From Eledone cirrhosa (lineage: Eukaryota), in NCBI GenBank assembly GCA_964016885.1, contig OZ024743.1:369706001-369770000 (forward strand): 64,000 nucleotides of DNA, given 5' to 3'. Within the stretch, counting starts at the first letter, position 1, and each line of letters opens with the position of its first letter. A program made the translations under genes and the position numbers. Below the pieces are notes generated by a model that saw only the letters and a program-made list of their open reading frames with translations, made no database searches and was not told where the DNA came from. This document shows positions 1 to 12,539 of the stretch, one piece after another.

Positions 1-59
1 CGGATATATATATATGTATATATATACTTGTATGTATATATCTACTTGTTTATAGATAT

Positions 60-879
60 ATGTTTATTGAAAGAAACAAAGTATTAATATGAAAGGTCTG
101 TTTGGGAACTGGTTTTGAATTGACCAATAGAAAAGAGTTAGAGGTCAAGTTGATAGAATAACAGTAGTAGAACTTGATGCTAGGAGTGGAGGAATGTAAA
201 TTTATGCTTTGAATGAAATGAATACAATGGGGAAGAGAAAGATAGGGGTTATAATGAGGTCAAATCAAGGAGATAGTGAAGGAGTCCTAAAGAATTTGTG
301 TTATTAAAAACTGCTTTTTTCTTAGAGTTATTTAATTGTAAGAGACTACTCTGAGTTTCTAACTCACTATATATTTGTCGGCTCCATCATGTACAGCTAA
401 TTTTAATGTCCTGTCAACCAGGCTGCTATTTTTAGAAGCAGGGAATTTCGAGACAAGCTGGGTTCTGAAAACACGTGCGATGATTCTTATCACAAACAAT
501 TCAGTCTCTAATATATATAAGTGGAAGGATCACTAATTTCTCAACAACTACTGATGAGCAGAGAAGAGTGTGAACTTCACTTAATAAGATGTTGCGAAAC
601 AGTCTCCAATACTGTCTAGTTGTTACCAGGCGATTTGCCCAATATAGGTCTGTTATTTTTCTTAATTTAATATTTAAAATTAAGTCTAACAAACCATATT
701 GCTGTAGTTAGTATTTTTTCACCCTAGCAAACTTGGTCTTTACGATTCGAACACATGTATGTTTATATTAATGTTCATCTCTCTTGTTTATTCAATTATA
801 TTGTACGGCTCGGAAAAGCTTTTTTCTTAGAGCTATTTAATTGTAAGAGACTACTCTGAGTTTCTAACTCACTATATAT
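60..879 (-). mobile_element. Degenerate Penelope-like 3' fragment with a 62-bp direct repeat
   Basis: Direct repeat at 313-374 and 818-879. The minus strand has a TYIGQI remnant near 630-650 and GAAACTCAGAGTA, a hammerhead-like tail, inside the repeat. Confidence 0.45.
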
Positions 880-1016
880 ATATGTATATATATATATGTA
901 TATATATATGTGTATGTATGCATATGTATGTGTATATGTACATATATATACATATATATATATACATATACATATATATATATAAAAACTTAATTGTTAT
1001 ATATATATACATATAC

Positions 1017-1053
<37 letters not shown>

Positions 1054-1070
1054 CATATATATACATATAC

Positions 1071-1105
<35 letters not shown>

Positions 1106-1380
1106 CATATATATATACATATACATACATATATACATATATATATATACATATATATACATATACATATACATATATATACATATACATATATACATAT
1201 ACATATATACATATACATATATACATATACATATACATATATACATACAGATATATATATATATATGTATATATATACATATACATATATATGTATGTAA
1301 AAGGTAAACAGAAATAACACGATCGGTACATTATTTGGAAGGAATATATTAAGTTAACGCTTGATATAGCAGGAAGAGGG

Positions 1381-1416
1381 TCTTAACGTTTCGGACGCTC
1401 GTCCTTCATCAGAAGA
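1381..1416 (-). ncRNA. Minimal hammerhead motif
   Basis: Minus strand reads TCTT-CTGATGA-a GGAC gagc GTCC-GAAACGTT-AAGA; self-complementary AACGTT replaces stem III. Confidence 0.8.
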
Positions 1417-1749
1417 AAGATTGAGAAATAAGATAGATTGAGGGGACGGGCTGGATGGAATTGGAAAAAATGTCTTTAGATAAAAATAACAGGTCCATTC
1501 CTGTTGACAAAACTGTTGGTGCTGGCGTTTTGTGTATAATTTGTTTTATGCACATGTATATATATATATATATATATATAGATATAGATAGGTAAATATA
1601 CACGGGTGTGTATGATTGTGTATAGAAGATTATATTAATAAAAGGAATTCCAACTTTGTCTGATTTACTTGTTTTATTTACAATCCTTTAAAATTATAAT
1701 GGCATTAGAATGAAATAGTATGGTAGAATATTAAATGTTAAGTGTTAAT

Positions 1750-1788
1750 TGAACAAGTACGTTCATGCTTTCGCAATCTTCAGGTTCA
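1750..1788 (-). ncRNA. Hammerhead-like motif with GAAC core variant
   Basis: Minus strand reads TGAAC-CTGAAGA-t TGC gaaa GCA t-GAAC GTAC TT-GTTCA; the identical motif recurs at 45306-45344 and 45418-45456. Confidence 0.65.
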
Positions 1789-1930
1789 TATTCTGTGGTG
1801 ACAGTCAAGTTTGCAATTTTCACATATACATATATACACACGTGTATGTATGTATATATGTGTATGTATATATATATATACATATATGTATATATATATG
1901 TATATATATATATATATGTATATATATATG

Positions 1931-2013
<83 letters not shown>

Positions 2014-2144
2014 GTGTATATATATATATATATATGTGTGTATATATATATACATGTGCATAAAATAAATCATACACAAAACGGCAGCATCAACAGTTTT
2101 GTCAACAGGAATGGACCTGTTATTTTTATCTGTTATTTTATCAT

Positions 2145-2180
2145 TCTTCTGATGAAGGACTGGCGTCTGAAATGTTAAGA
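2145..2180 (+). ncRNA. Minimal hammerhead motif (inverted partner of 1381-1416)
   Basis: TCTT-CTGATGA-a GGAC tggc GTCT-GAAATGTT-AAGA. Confidence 0.72.
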
Positions 2181-2317
2181 CCCTCTCCCTGCTATATCAA
2201 GCGTTAACCTAATATATCCCTTCCATATACTGTACCGATTCTGTTTACCTTTAACATACATATATATGTGTATGTATATATATATGTATATATGTATATA
2301 TATATGTATATGTATAT

Positions 2318-2460
2318 GGAGGCACATGGCTTAGTGGTTAGAGCATTGGCCTTGCAATCGAAAGGTTGTGAGTTCAATTCTCAGACCGGGTGATGTGTTG
2401 TTTCCTTGAGCAAGACACTTTATTTCACATTGCTCCAGTTTACTCAGCTGTAGAAATGAG
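2318..2460 (+). mobile_element. tRNA-derived SINE, family A (CORE-like centre)
   Basis: A box tggcttagtgg, B box gagttcaattc, then ccttgagcaagacactt. Copies at 5024-5140, 29850-30150 and 58420-58475. Confidence 0.85.
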
Positions 2461-2782
2461 ATGATAGGGACTGGGGTCCCTATCATTCCACTGTAAAGTG
2501 GTCGTGGAGGTGCCACGGCAAAAAAGCACCTCACTGTAAATGAGGTTGGTGTTAGGAAGGGCATCCGGCTGTAGAAATCAAGTCAAAATCAGTTCCCATC
2601 CCACCCTTGCAAGCAGGGAAAAGCGGACTTAAAATGAAATGATGATGATATATATGTATATATATATGTATATGTGTATATATATATATATATATTTGTA
2701 TATGTATATATGTATATGTATATATGTATATATATATATGTATATATATATATGTACATATGTATATATGTATATATATATA

Positions 2783-2823
<41 letters not shown>

Positions 2824-2907
2824 ATATGTACATATATATGTGTATATGTACATATATATATATGTATATGTACGTCACGTATATATATCTATATGTATAT
2901 AGATATA

Positions 2908-2943
<36 letters not shown>

Positions 2944-2944
<1 letters not shown>

Positions 2945-3047
2945 GGAGAAAGTATGACCCCAACGGCAGAGCTCATGCCGTTTCGACAGCTATTTCTGGA
3001 CCGTCGAAATGGCTTGAGCTCTGCTGTCGGGGTCATACTTTCTCCTG
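2944..3047. repeat. ~100-bp GC-rich hairpin next to (TA)n
   Basis: aggagaaagtatgaccccaacggcagagctca...tgagctctgctgtcggggtcatactttctcct; a related half copy lies at ~53028-53062. Confidence 0.85.
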
Positions 3048-3171
3048 TTACCCACTCTTCTACCCTAAGTATTGATTACTCTGGTATGTTATGGTCCATC
3101 TGGATGTATATGTATATATGTATATATATATAATAAAGGAAAAGTGCTAAGGAACCAGATGGAACCCCCTG

Positions 3172-3216
<45 letters not shown>

Positions 3217-3619
3217 TATATATGTATATTATATATGTATATTATATATGTATATTATATATGTATATTATATATGTATATTATATATGTATATATATAT
3301 GTATATTATATATGTATATTATATATGTATATTATATATGTATATTATATATGTATATTATATATGTATATTATATATGTATATTATATATGTATATTAT
3401 ATATGTATATTATATATGTATATTATATATGTATATTATATATGTATATTATATATGTATATTATATATGTATATATATATGTATATATATATGTATATA
3501 TATATGTATATTATATATGTATATTATATATGTATATTATATATGTATATTATATATGTATATTATATATGTATATTATATATGTATATTATATATGTAT
3601 ATATATATGTATATATATA

Positions 3620-3866
3620 TATTGTTATACTTTGGGGTCATGTTGCCAATAAGAAACACACGCACCAGTTGCTTTCACTTCAATTTATTATAATAAATTT
3701 ATAAATTTAGGAATTTATAAGTTTCCGGTTGGTTGGTTGGTTCTACAACCAGATTGTTGTTTATATATTGTCAAAGTTCTTTCGTCACACATTATGTGAC
3801 CTCTTCGGTGACTGGGGATTCTTTTCTTTGTTTTTGTGCCTCTCCTTTGTTCTGTCCTACGCCATT
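3620..3866 (-). mobile_element. Solo pseudo-LTR of the same Penelope-like family
   Basis: Near-identical to 5535-5766 (attgttatactttgg...gtcctacgccat). Confidence 0.9.
3770..3812 (-). ncRNA. Hammerhead motif (CCGAAGA core variant) in the solo pseudo-LTR
   Basis: Same motif as 8267-8309 with a U4C change. Confidence 0.6.
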
Positions 3867-4071
3867 TTGGTTCAAGCAATGTTTTATTTTAATTTTAATT
3901 TTAATTTTAACTTTAATTTTGTCCTTTAATATGACTTTATTCTTAGTATGTAAATTACCATGCTATATTATTATAATGGATGTCAACCCACTGTGGGTCA
4001 ATATATACATATGTTTCTATATGTCTCTTGTGTTGAAAAGGAGGTCAAGTATGTTAAAAATCACCGAATAA

Positions 4072-4120
4072 TTGCTCCGAAGACTCCAAACCTCGATTTG
4101 GAAGAAACAATTGTAAGCAA
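4072..4120 (+). ncRNA. Minimal hammerhead motif, separate family
   Basis: TTGCT-CCGAAGA-c TCCAAA cctcga TTTGGA a-GAAAC AATT GTA-AGCAA: 5-bp stem I, 6-bp stem II, palindromic AATT loop III, GUA triplet. Confidence 0.72.
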
Positions 4121-4168
4121 ATAAATGATTTAAACAGAACTTTGATTCATGTAATCTCTATATATATG

Positions 4169-4206
<38 letters not shown>

Positions 4207-4287
4207 TATATAAATGTATATATATATAAATATATATATATATGTATGTATGTATATATATATAAATATATATATATATGTATGTAT

Positions 4288-4405
<118 letters not shown>

Positions 4406-4414
4406 GTATATATG

Positions 4415-4499
<85 letters not shown>

Positions 4500-4517
4500 A
4501 TATATATATATATATAC

Positions 4518-4555
<38 letters not shown>

Positions 4556-4556
4556 T

Positions 4557-4706
<150 letters not shown>

Positions 4707-4721
4707 CATATATATATATAC

Positions 4722-4866
<145 letters not shown>

Positions 4867-4904
4867 ATATATATATATATACATATATATACATATATAT
4901 ATAT

Positions 4905-4957
<53 letters not shown>

Positions 4958-5439
4958 ATACATATATATATATATACATATATATATACATATATATATA
5001 CATATATATATATATGTATATATATTGGCCTTGCAATCGAAAGGTTGTGAGTTCAATTCTCAGACCGGGTGATGTGTTGTTTCCTTGAGCAAGAGACTTT
5101 ATTTCACATTGTTCCAGTTTACTCAGCTGTAGAAATGAGATGATAGGGACTGGGGTCCATATCATTCCACTGCAAAGTGGTCGTGGAGGTGCCACGGCAA
5201 AAAAGCACCCAGCACTCACTGTAAATGAGGTTGGTGTTAGGAAGGGCATCCAGCTGTAGAAATCAAGCCAGAATCAGTTCCCGTCGCACCCTTGCAAGCA
5301 GGGAAAAAAGTGGACGTTAAATGAAATGATGATGAAATGATGATGATATATATATATACATATATACATAAACATATATATATATACATATATACATAAA
5401 CATATATATATATATACATATACATATATATATATATAC

Positions 5440-5479
<40 letters not shown>

Positions 5480-5671
5480 CGTTTCTGAATTTGTTTAGCA
5501 AGATTTTTTATCTGAAAACGTGTGTTGAAACCGATATTGTTATACTTTGGGAGGGTCATGTTGCCAATAAGAAACACACGCACCAGTTACTTTTACTTCA
5601 ATTTATTATAATAAATTTATAAATTTCCGGTTGGTTGGTTGGTTCCACAACCAGATGGTTGTTTATATATT

Positions 5672-5714
5672 GTCAAAGTTCTTTCGTCACACATTATGTG
5701 ACCTCTTCAGTGAC
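5672..5714 (-). ncRNA. Hammerhead motif in the inverted pseudo-LTR copy
   Basis: Reverse complement of the 8267-8309 motif. Confidence 0.78.
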
Positions 5715-6199
5715 TGGGGATTCTTTTCTTTGTTTTTGTGCCTCTCCTTTGTTCTGTCCTACGCCATCTTGTTTCTGTGTGTGTGATGCGTGCTCAGTCT
5801 TCGCATGCGCCACATCCGGGTGTCTGTGTGTGTTTATATTCATTTATTTATTTGTTTATTTACATGTTACTGGTTGGTTGTTTGTTCTATGTACGTGTGT
5901 GTTTTCATTCTGTCCTTAATTGTAAGTTGTGATGTTGCTGTTCCACTCATATTTTCTATTTAATTTTGGTTGTAATTCTTTTATGTTTATTGCCTCTGTG
6001 ATTTGTCTAAACATTGCGTCTTTTCTGTGTGTAGATTCCAGGCCTGGAAGTTGTTGGCAGTCCTTTTGTTGGGCTGCATTATATTTGTCCACATAATCAT
6101 ATGGGCATTGAGGGCTTTTTCTCTATCCTCATGCTATTGTGGTGTTACTTCTCTTGTGTTAGTGATGTGGTGTTGCATTGCCTGGATGTAGTTCGGCAG

Positions 6200-8071
6200 A
6201 CTCAACCGACATTCTGCCAGTCTTGTCTGTTGGACATAAAACGAGCAGTGACCCTGTCACAGGACCACCAACACGGCCAGTCTGTGGAGCTAACATTGCT
6301 AGTAACTACAGATTGTCCTACTTCCTCTCCCTGATCATACGCCCCATCATTGAAATGTCCCCAGATGTATGTGACAGCACGGAGGACCTCCTCAGCAGAA
6401 TCGGCGAGAGTAACCGATCTAGTGACCTAATAGACTGCATAATAGGTAGTATGGATGTTGTGTCCCTGCATCCATCTATTGACGTGGATTTTGCTGTGGA
6501 GAAATGCGTAAAAATGAACAGTGAGAGCAATGTTGAATTCCGTGGGATTGATACCAGTGAGCTGGGACTCCTACTTAAACTTACCTATTGTAATAATTAT
6601 CTAGATACATATGACCTTAGCAACCTGTGCCCTACAAGACCAGCAAGAGGCAGACCACCTACCATTACCTCAATGGCCAAGAAAACCCACACAGATAGAT
6701 GGAACGGGTGGACCAGAGCCATACGGACCCCCGAAAACCACGATGAACTAAAGAAAATGATTGCACATGCGGTGGGGGCCAGCATAAAATTAACCCTTAG
6801 GGAACATATGTTCAAATTTAATGGAAAAACATATGCCCAAGAGGAGGGAGCAGCCATTGGTGTTAGCATTGCAGGCGACATAGCTAACCTATTCATGGTA
6901 TGGTGGGACAGTAGACTTAAACTTAAAGAACAATTAGAAGACCCCTTAACCCTGATAATGTACTCCCGCTACGTTGATGATATAAACATCGTAGTTAAAA
7001 CACCCCACTAGGAACAGTCAGGAACTAGAGAAAAACACAATGGAAAGCATCCATCAGAGTATTAGAGTTACTATAGCAAACAAACACCCCAACCATCAAT
7101 TACCCGTACTAGACACAGAACTCTGGTTAGATACCATTAATAACAAAAAACAAATCCTCCATTCCCATTATGCCAAACCCATGACTTCCAAATATCTGAT
7201 CCACCGAAACTCAGCTGTTTCGGACCATACCAAAATCAACATACTGATTGCGGATTTGGTACGGGTGATGAGAAACGTGTCCCGCATGTGCAACCCCGAA
7301 GAACTAGAGAGACACATACAACACTTCATTCACCGTATGCAGTTCTCTGGTTACAATTAGAGAGATAAAATCAGAGTATATAGAGGAGCCAGAACCAAAT
7401 GGGAACAAATGGTAAATAATGACACAAATGGGACCTGCCCCTTGTATAGGAGCAAATTTTGGAATAGAATAGAAAGAACTAGGAATAAGGCTAATAGAAT
7501 AAACTCATGGTATGATAGCAATAAATACCAGAGTGTAATGTTCATCGATACAACCCCTAGAGGTGAATTAGCTTACAAATTTAGAAGGGCCCTAGATAAA
7601 CATAAACTCAATATTAAGATAGTAGAAAGACCAGGTACCTCCATAAAAACACTTATTAGCAAGAGATACCCTTTTCAAAGACCTCCCTGTATAGATAAGA
7701 AATGTATAATCTGTAAATTAAGCCCCCATATTAACTGTAAAACTAGAAATGTAGTATATAGCATAAGATGTACTGAAGGACAATGTAGAGATAAAAATAT
7801 AGTGTACATAGGTGAGACAGCTCATAGTATAGGGGAACGGATAAATGAACACTGGCGAGACCTTCAAGATAGTAAAGAATCATCTGTACTCTACCAACAT
7901 GCTAAAATAGAACATAAGGGTAAATTAAAGAACATAGAAATAAAAATAGAATCTACACACAGAAAAGACGCAATGTTTAGACAAATCACAGAGGCAATAA
8001 ACATAAATGAACTCCAACCAAAATTAAATAGATACCATGAGTGGAACAGCAACATCACAACTTACAATTAA
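6200..8071 (+). pseudogene. Disrupted Penelope-like RT/GIY-YIG ORF
   Basis: ORFs 6178-7011, 7040-7360 and 7409-8071 form one polyprotein, broken by a stop plus frameshift near 7010-7040 and an in-frame TAG at 7358. Confidence 0.9.
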
Positions 8072-8266
8072 GGACAGAATGAAAACACACACGCACATAG
8101 AACAAACAACCAACCAGTAACATGTAAATAAACAAATAAATAAACGAATATAAACACACACAGACACCCGGATGTTGCGCATGCGCAGACTGAGTACACA
8201 GCACACACACAGAAACAAGATGGCGTAGGACAGAACAAAGGAGAGAAACAAAGAAAAGAATCCCCA

Positions 8267-8309
8267 GTCACTGAAGAGGTCACAGAATGTGTGACGAAAG
8301 AACTTTGAC
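8267..8309 (+). ncRNA. Minimal type-I hammerhead ribozyme motif in the Penelope pseudo-LTR
   Basis: GTCA-CTGAAGA-g GTCACA gaatg TGTGAC-GAAA GAAC TT-TGAC: stem I GTCA/TGAC, 6-bp stem II, minimal stem III. Confidence 0.8.
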
Positions 8310-8470
8310 AATATATAAACAACCATCTGGTTGTGGAACCAACCAACCAACCGGAAATTTATAAATTTATAAATTTATTATAATAAATTAAAGTAAAAGC
8401 AACTGGTGCGTGTGTTTCTTATTGGCAACATGACCCTCCCAAAGTATAACAATATATATGTATATATATC

Positions 8471-8751
8471 TACACGGTAAAAACCTCCCAGTCCCACACT
8501 GTAAATGTAGTTGGTGTTAGGAAGGGCATCCAGCTGTAGAAAACCCGCCAGACAGTCCTATGCGAGCAAGACAACCACTCTTGCCTCAAGTGGGAAAACT
8601 CCCGTCCAAACCCATGCAAGCGTGGAACATGGACGTTAAACGATGATGATGATGACATATACATATATATATATATATGTATATATATATGTATATATAT
8701 ATATATATATATACTCATATGCATATATATATGTATATGTATATATATATG

Positions 8752-8786
<35 letters not shown>

Positions 8787-8813
8787 GTATATGTATATAT
8801 ATGTATATGTATA

Positions 8814-8871
<58 letters not shown>

Positions 8872-9120
8872 CATATATATATATGTATATATATATATGT
8901 ATATATATATGTATATATATATCTTTATCATCATCATCATCATCATCATCAACGTTTAACGTCCATGTTCCACGCTTGCATGGGTTTGGACGGGGTATTC
9001 CCACTTGAGGCAAGAGTGATTGTCTTGCTCGCATAGGACTGTCTGGCAGGTTTTCTACAGTTGGATGCCCTTCCTAACACCAACCACATTTACAGTGTGG
9101 GGCTGGGAGGTTTTTACCGT
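8471..9120. mobile_element. Tail-to-tail pair of RTE-tailed short retroposons around a (TA)n tract
   Basis: 8473-8655 is the reverse complement of 8928-9121, with both (GAT)n tails facing the microsatellite. Further copies at 44911-45080 and 42768-42967. Confidence 0.85.
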
Positions 9121-9423
9121 GTTGCCTACACGGCCACATTACAGCGTGGACTGTGTGTTTTTTTGTCGTGACACCTACACGATCTCATTTGTTTCGGCCT
9201 GGATGTTGTGTCACCAACATAACTTTACATAGGAGGGGGTGGTGTGGATGGGGTGGGGTGGGTGGGACGGGGGTGTATTTTGTTAGAGATGCCTACTGGC
9301 TGTAGTAGGTTTTACTATGTATTTAGGTAAGGCGGGTCTTCTCTATTACTGAGTACCGCCAAAGGTCTCGGTCCAGTGACATTGTCTTGGAGAGGTGTAA
9401 GTATGTATATATATATGTATATA

Positions 9424-9455
<32 letters not shown>

Positions 9456-9647
9456 CACAAATTTATATTAATACTAATATACCCTTATCGCATTTAATTA
9501 AATATTTAACCCAAAATATTTTACTATGCGAATAGTATACAGCTGGTAACGGCTACCTTTCGCGCATAGTGAAATATTTTGGGTTAAGATATAACCACAA
9601 ATCAAACGGAGTGTGAGAGAGAATGGGAGCGAGAAGTTATAGAGAGT

Positions 9648-9763
9648 TACATTAATGTTTCAGTTGTTATATATATATATATACTACTATAATTATTATT
9701 AAATATTTAATTAAATGCGATAAGTGTATATTATAGTATTAATATAAATATTTAATTATGATT

Positions 9764-9805
<42 letters not shown>

Positions 9806-10700
9806 TCATGTTTATAATATCAGCAGTCAAAGGGAAATAATCAATTAAGTTGAGTATTTTAGGATTAATATTACTGGCTGAAAATACTTGAATTAGTTAA
9901 GGTTATGCGTTTATATATATTTTTAAAAGGGATTGTATATAACCAATATATAAGTATGGTATGTATTTAAGAAAATTGGTCAATTAAAATAATATAATAA
10001 TATAAAAGAGTTTGTGTGTTTATTTTATTGTTCCTAATATTTTTCTTTCTGTTATCTAGACTATTGGTATCAGTTTGTGTATTAACTTTAACTTTAGGGT
10101 ATATAATATTTGTAGGATTAGTAAATAAATTCTGATATGTTAATATAAATAAAATATGTTTATCCTAATATTTATCTTAATATTGAATCCATAGTATTTG
10201 AATAATATTTAGGTAGATTTATATTTATATACATTATGGACTACACTGATACAGAATCAATAATTTATATTAATATAATTAAAATATTATTTATCCTGTT
10301 ATTAAATACTTGCTATTGGAATAATATTTAGATGGAATCACATTCATATACTATAATAATACAGTATAAACTAATTATATTATTTTAATTGACAAACTTT
10401 CTTAAATACATATCACACTTATATATTGGTTATATACAATACCTTTTAAATATATATATAAATGCATAATATTAATTAATTCAAGTATTTTCATCCAGCA
10501 ATATTAATCCTAAAATACTCAACTTAATTTATTACTTCCCTTTGACTGCTGATATTATAAACAAGACTAATATATATATTTTAATCATAATTAATTATTT
10601 ATATGAATACTAATATACCCCTCATCGCATTTAATTAAATATTATTGATTATTTAATAATAAATATAGTAGTTAGAACATATAACATCTGAAACATTAAT
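9648..10700. repeat. Diverged inverted repeat with ~350-bp arms
   Basis: atatcagcagtcaaagggaa...agttgagtattttaggattaatatt versus aatattaatcctaaaatactcaact...ttccctttgactgctgatat. A further partial copy lies at 9460-9510. Confidence 0.85.
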
Positions 10701-12539
10701 ATATATATTCACTTCATCACATTTCATTACATATAGGTAAATATTACTGATTATTTATAAAATATATATTTCTTTTATACTGCCATATTTTTTAACTGTA
10801 TTCATGAATGTAAACTTTTATTATGATATTTTAATGAGTGATTTGTTGTAAGTATTATCTTGAGTAATTAATGCGTAATTTATGAAAGAAGAATATTTCA
10901 AGACTGTTTAAAATTTAACATCTATTAGAACTCAAACACATTTAAAAGAATGCATTTTCCATCTTATTAATTACTTAAACCCATTTTTGATAGCACACCA
11001 TCTGAAACCACCCCTGGTTCTATAATACAAAACTTTATTTCAAATGTTTATATTTATCTATGTTTATATTTATCATGATTTTATATGAAAATCTTTAAAA
11101 TTAGGTTTCAGTGTAATGAGAAATCTAAGATTATTACTTGATTGCAAGAGATTTGTGGTGACTAAAAAGAAATGAATCATGCATGCTTTGCTGGATGCGT
11201 AATGTTAGTGTATATGAATTTTAGAGCATTTTAGACATAAAAAAAGTGAGTGCAAGAGGAAGTGACTCATCATCATCATCATCATCACCGTTTTACGTCC
11301 GTTCTTCCACGCTAGCATGGGTTAGACGGGTTGTCCTGTTGTGGGCAGTGTCTGGTCGGCTGACCATGCCTTGCTCATACAGGAACTGATCTGGCTTGAT
11401 TTCTACAGCTGGATGCCCTTCCTAACACCAACCTCATTTACAGTGAGTGCTGGGTGCTTTTTCGTGGCGCCTACACGTAGATTACAATAGTCACAATCGC
11501 ACTGGTATGGGCATTTAATATGTATGGAGAGCAAAAGTAATCTATATAAAAATGTGTTACAATAAAATGCACCCAATCCACTCGAAATTTGTAGTGCTTG
11601 TGTCACAAAAAATGCATCTAGTACATTATGTAAGGTGGTTGACATTAGGAAGGGTGTAGTCATAGAAACTATACCAAATATGGAATGTAATAGACAAGGT
11701 TAATGAAACACGTTTAACTTGAACCTATATAAATCAATATCTGAGTAAAAATATTGATGGGGTAGGAATCTCAACTAATTTACTATTCTAGGGAGGAAGG
11801 ACTGAGTGAAGTGTTTAGTGCAGGGCCTGGGAGGTAAGACTGTGTGAAAAATGATTTCTAACAAGGCCAGCAATTTAGGGGAAGGGCAAAGTTGATTATA
11901 TCAACTCCAGTTCCTGACTGGTACTTTATTTTATCGACCACAGACGGATGAAAGGCAAAGTTGACCATGGCAGGATTTAAATTCTGAATGGAAAGAGCTG
12001 TATCTAAATGCTGCAAAGCATTCTGTCCGACACTCTAATGATTCTGCTAAGAAGAGACAGTATGTTGGCTGACCTTGGTTGGAAAGAGTGTTTAACTAGT
12101 CAGTTCAGAGAAGCAGAAGGTACTTTATTAGTAAGAGAAGATGCAATGTATTTGTGAACTTCTAGTTTAAACATGTTGATGGATTGAATCTTTCTTGATC
12201 AAATCAGATGGGTGTCCTTAAAATTTTTACAGCTTTATTCAAATTATTTCCACTGTATTATATTTAATTCTCTAATATGTTAGTAGACGCAGGATACTTT
12301 GTCATCAGACTAAAGATGAATCTACTAATTTGGAGAATGAATTGTAATCAGTTCTACCCATGTTTCAGTCCCATGTTTAAAATCAGTTTTTCGCTAGGGA
12401 AATATTGCCCCCCCCCCCCTTCTGTAATCAAATTAACGGTACCTTTTTAATAATAAAACAGAGAGAGAGAAAGAATGGGCATCATTGATAGTGACTAATT
12501 ATTGTTATAAATTTATATATTTCCCTAGGGAAAAATATG

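Larger units (their letters stand above)
1290..2262. mobile_element. Non-coding inverted-repeat element (arms ~1290-1560 and ~2048-2262) enclosing (TA)n and a nested second element (1594-1822)
   Basis: The arms are reverse complements, e.g. gataaaaataacaggtccattcctgttgacaaaactgttg / caacagttttgtcaacaggaatggacctgttatttttatc. Each arm carries a hammerhead motif. Confidence 0.8.
5534..8455 (+). mobile_element. Penelope-like retroelement (RT + C-terminal GIY-YIG), 5'-truncated, bounded by a ~505-bp inverted repeat
   Basis: 5534-6038 is the reverse complement of 7949-8455. RT motifs GSMDVVSLHPSI, YAQEEGAAIGVSIAGDIANLFM and YSRYVDD. Endonuclease motifs NVVYSIRC...YIGET...ERINEH...EAININELQPKLN. 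Confidence 0.95.

Noticed and set aside
2318-2392. tRNA gene
   Set aside because: The tRNA-like head continues into a SINE body present in several copies.
7358-7360. In-frame stop in the Penelope ORF as possible selenocysteine recoding
   Set aside because: The codon is TAG, not TGA, and the copy has another stop and a frameshift.
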